The notes beneath the pieces are model-generated. The model was given only the letters and a program-made list of their open reading frames with translations, had not been told where the DNA came from and made no database searches. The position numbers were made by a program, and so were the translations under genes. A stretch of DNA of 63,303 nt, the filler included, from Olpidium bornovanus S191 (lineage: Eukaryota > Fungi > Olpidiomycota), in the NCBI GenBank assembly GCA_017911155.1. It is 35 parts of 35 records of this genome, joined end to end, with 100 filler letters (N's around TTAATTAATTAA, not from the genome) between each part and the next. Parts side by side here need not be neighbours in the genome. Positions count along the whole stretch, not along the records: positions 61,716 to 63,303 come from JAEFCI010008437.1; 34 more parts are not named here. One strand, given 5' to 3'. Positions 61,716-63,303 of the stretch are shown here, in pieces. Position 1 is the stretch's first letter. Every line of letters starts with the position of its first letter.

Positions 61716-62730
61716 CATGTCGCTGACGTCCTTCCTCAGGAACTCCCAGTCGAGGACGACCTCGGCTCCGACGGCAAGCGCAGACGACGCCTCCAGCGCG
61801 GGGCCGTGCAATCTCGCGGCATAAACCTGCGGGAGCCACGACGGCAGGTGTGACAAGGGCAGCGTGTGCGCGGCTGCGGAAACTCCGGATGCGTCAGAAA
61901 CAACCCGAATGACGCCACGCGCGCCGGGAGGCTGACGGCGGCACACACACACCTGCAGCAAATTCCAGCCGCAGCTCCCGCTGTCTCTCTGGCGAGATGG
62001 GCGGACTCCCCATATCAGACTCCGTCCACGCCACCGTGATCATATTTTCCTCGTCCACGGGCAGATCGTACTTGATGTCCAGATCATTTATGGACATGAT
62101 GGGCAGCGAAGCGAGGTAATTCGACGAGCCTAACGACGAAGACTGTCTCCCGTTACCCGCGGCGGGCTCCAGCGCGGCTGCGGCACGGCGCGCTCCCCTT
62201 CCCAGCGGGCCCATCGCCTCAATGCTGTCCAACCCCAGCGCGACCGCCAACCTCTGGCGCTTCCTCAGCCCGTCCTCCGCCGCCTGCGAGTTTCTTCTGC
62301 TCATCACTTCCGCGTACTTCCGCAGGAGGGCCGCCGCGCGGTCGGCGGCCCCTTCTCTCGGCGGCCTCTTCGCCGCGAGCGCTAGCAGCCTCCCCGGGTC
62401 GCGGGAATAAAGCCTGCAGACGCCCCGCACGACGCCCTCGAAGCCTCCGCCGAAACGGTCCCGCCCGGGCGACGCGGAGCGCGGCTTGCGCGGTCCGCGC
62501 CTCCCGGCGGCCGCCGCCGACGCTTCGACCTTCGGCTCCGGCCAAGAACTCCCCCGCGGCGCCGAGAGAGAGGAGCAGCCGCGCGGCGGCGGCGGCCCGA
62601 AAAAGAGCAGGAAGTCCTTGGGCGAGAGGCGGGAGACCGGCACGGCCCCCGCGCGGTCCGCGGTCCGGCAGGACGCGGCGGGACCCGCGGCTCCGGCGGA
62701 GGCCGGCAGCGCAGCGGCGCGCCCGTCCAT
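61716..62730 (-). CDS. Hypothetical protein, partial
   Basis: Part of the 467-aa ORF (SNYLASLPIMSINDLDIKYDLPVDEENMITVAWTESD) plus a downstream exon (VVLDWEFLRKDVSDM) looks coding. No family recognised. Confidence 0.5.
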
Positions 62731-63303
62731 AGAAAACAGCCGTGTGGCCCGTTGCCTCGCGGTGTTTGCGAGTGAACAAAAAAAAAAAAAAAAAAAACCC
62801 GCCGTTGCGCCGCTGGACTTCTTTCCCGCGCCCGGCGCGACGCTGCTCGCGGGGAGCGCGCGGGGAGCGTCCCCGCAGCTGCCAAGACGGTCGCCTCTCC
62901 ACTTGGGCCGACTCCGCCGGCAAAAAAAAAAAAAAAAGCGCCCTTTTCGCTCGACCCCTCCCTCCCGGCCCCGACCGGCGCCGCCGCGGTCGCCCGGGGC
63001 GGTCCTCCGGACCTTGTCTCGCCCTTGCCGCCGCGACGCGAGCGAAGGCTCCAAGCTCTGTTTCACAGGGGCCGCAGGGCGGAGGCGAGGTAAGCTTTCC
63101 CGGGCTCCGAACGGGGCGAGCGAAGGCGAAAAGTGGGGTGGAGAAAGAAAAGTGGGGGGGAAACGGGGACGAGCGGGGGGGGGGGGGGGGGAAAGGGGGG
63201 GGGTGGTGGTGGGAAGTCTGGAAGCTCGGACCATTCTCCGCCGGCAAATGGAAACGTTCGCGGCCACGGGCCAATCGACGACATGTTTCTGTTTCAAGCG
63301 GCA

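Overview
This window is not one genomic locus. It is 35 short contigs (about 1-3.5 kb) joined by 34 identical artificial 100-bp spacers (44 N + TTAATTAATTAA + 44 N), so gene order across spacers carries no biological meaning. The DNA is GC-rich and intron-dense (GT-AG) with very long homopolymer runs, and most genes are partial. The genes are fungal-type (VTC4, FET3, ICP55, YEA4, TOF1, PBP1, PUF4-like), alongside cilium-linked genes (KATNAL2, C11orf49/CSTPP1). This points to a zoosporic, flagellated early-diverging fungus; an Olpidium-like organism is my guess and is unverified. Other recognisable features are THOC3, a BK/Slo-type K+ channel, RPL41, the RPS3 C-terminus, YRB1, HID1/ECM30, a PQ-loop transporter, a METTL25-like gene, mL38, tRNA-Ser(AGA), Copia and gag retroelement fragments, and a possible Merlin/ISXO2 remnant. 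Most ORFs in the supplied track are spurious frames from GC-rich or homopolymer DNA. I found no convincing new multi-gene system. The best leads are a second VTC paralogue whose SPX-equivalent region lacks the lysine cluster, a CCCH-PUF fusion, a BK channel without a Ca-bowl acidic string, an RPL41 intron directly before the stop codon, an AT-rich frameshifted island, and a short element shared by two contigs. All family assignments come from manual translation and remembered family motifs; no database search was run.
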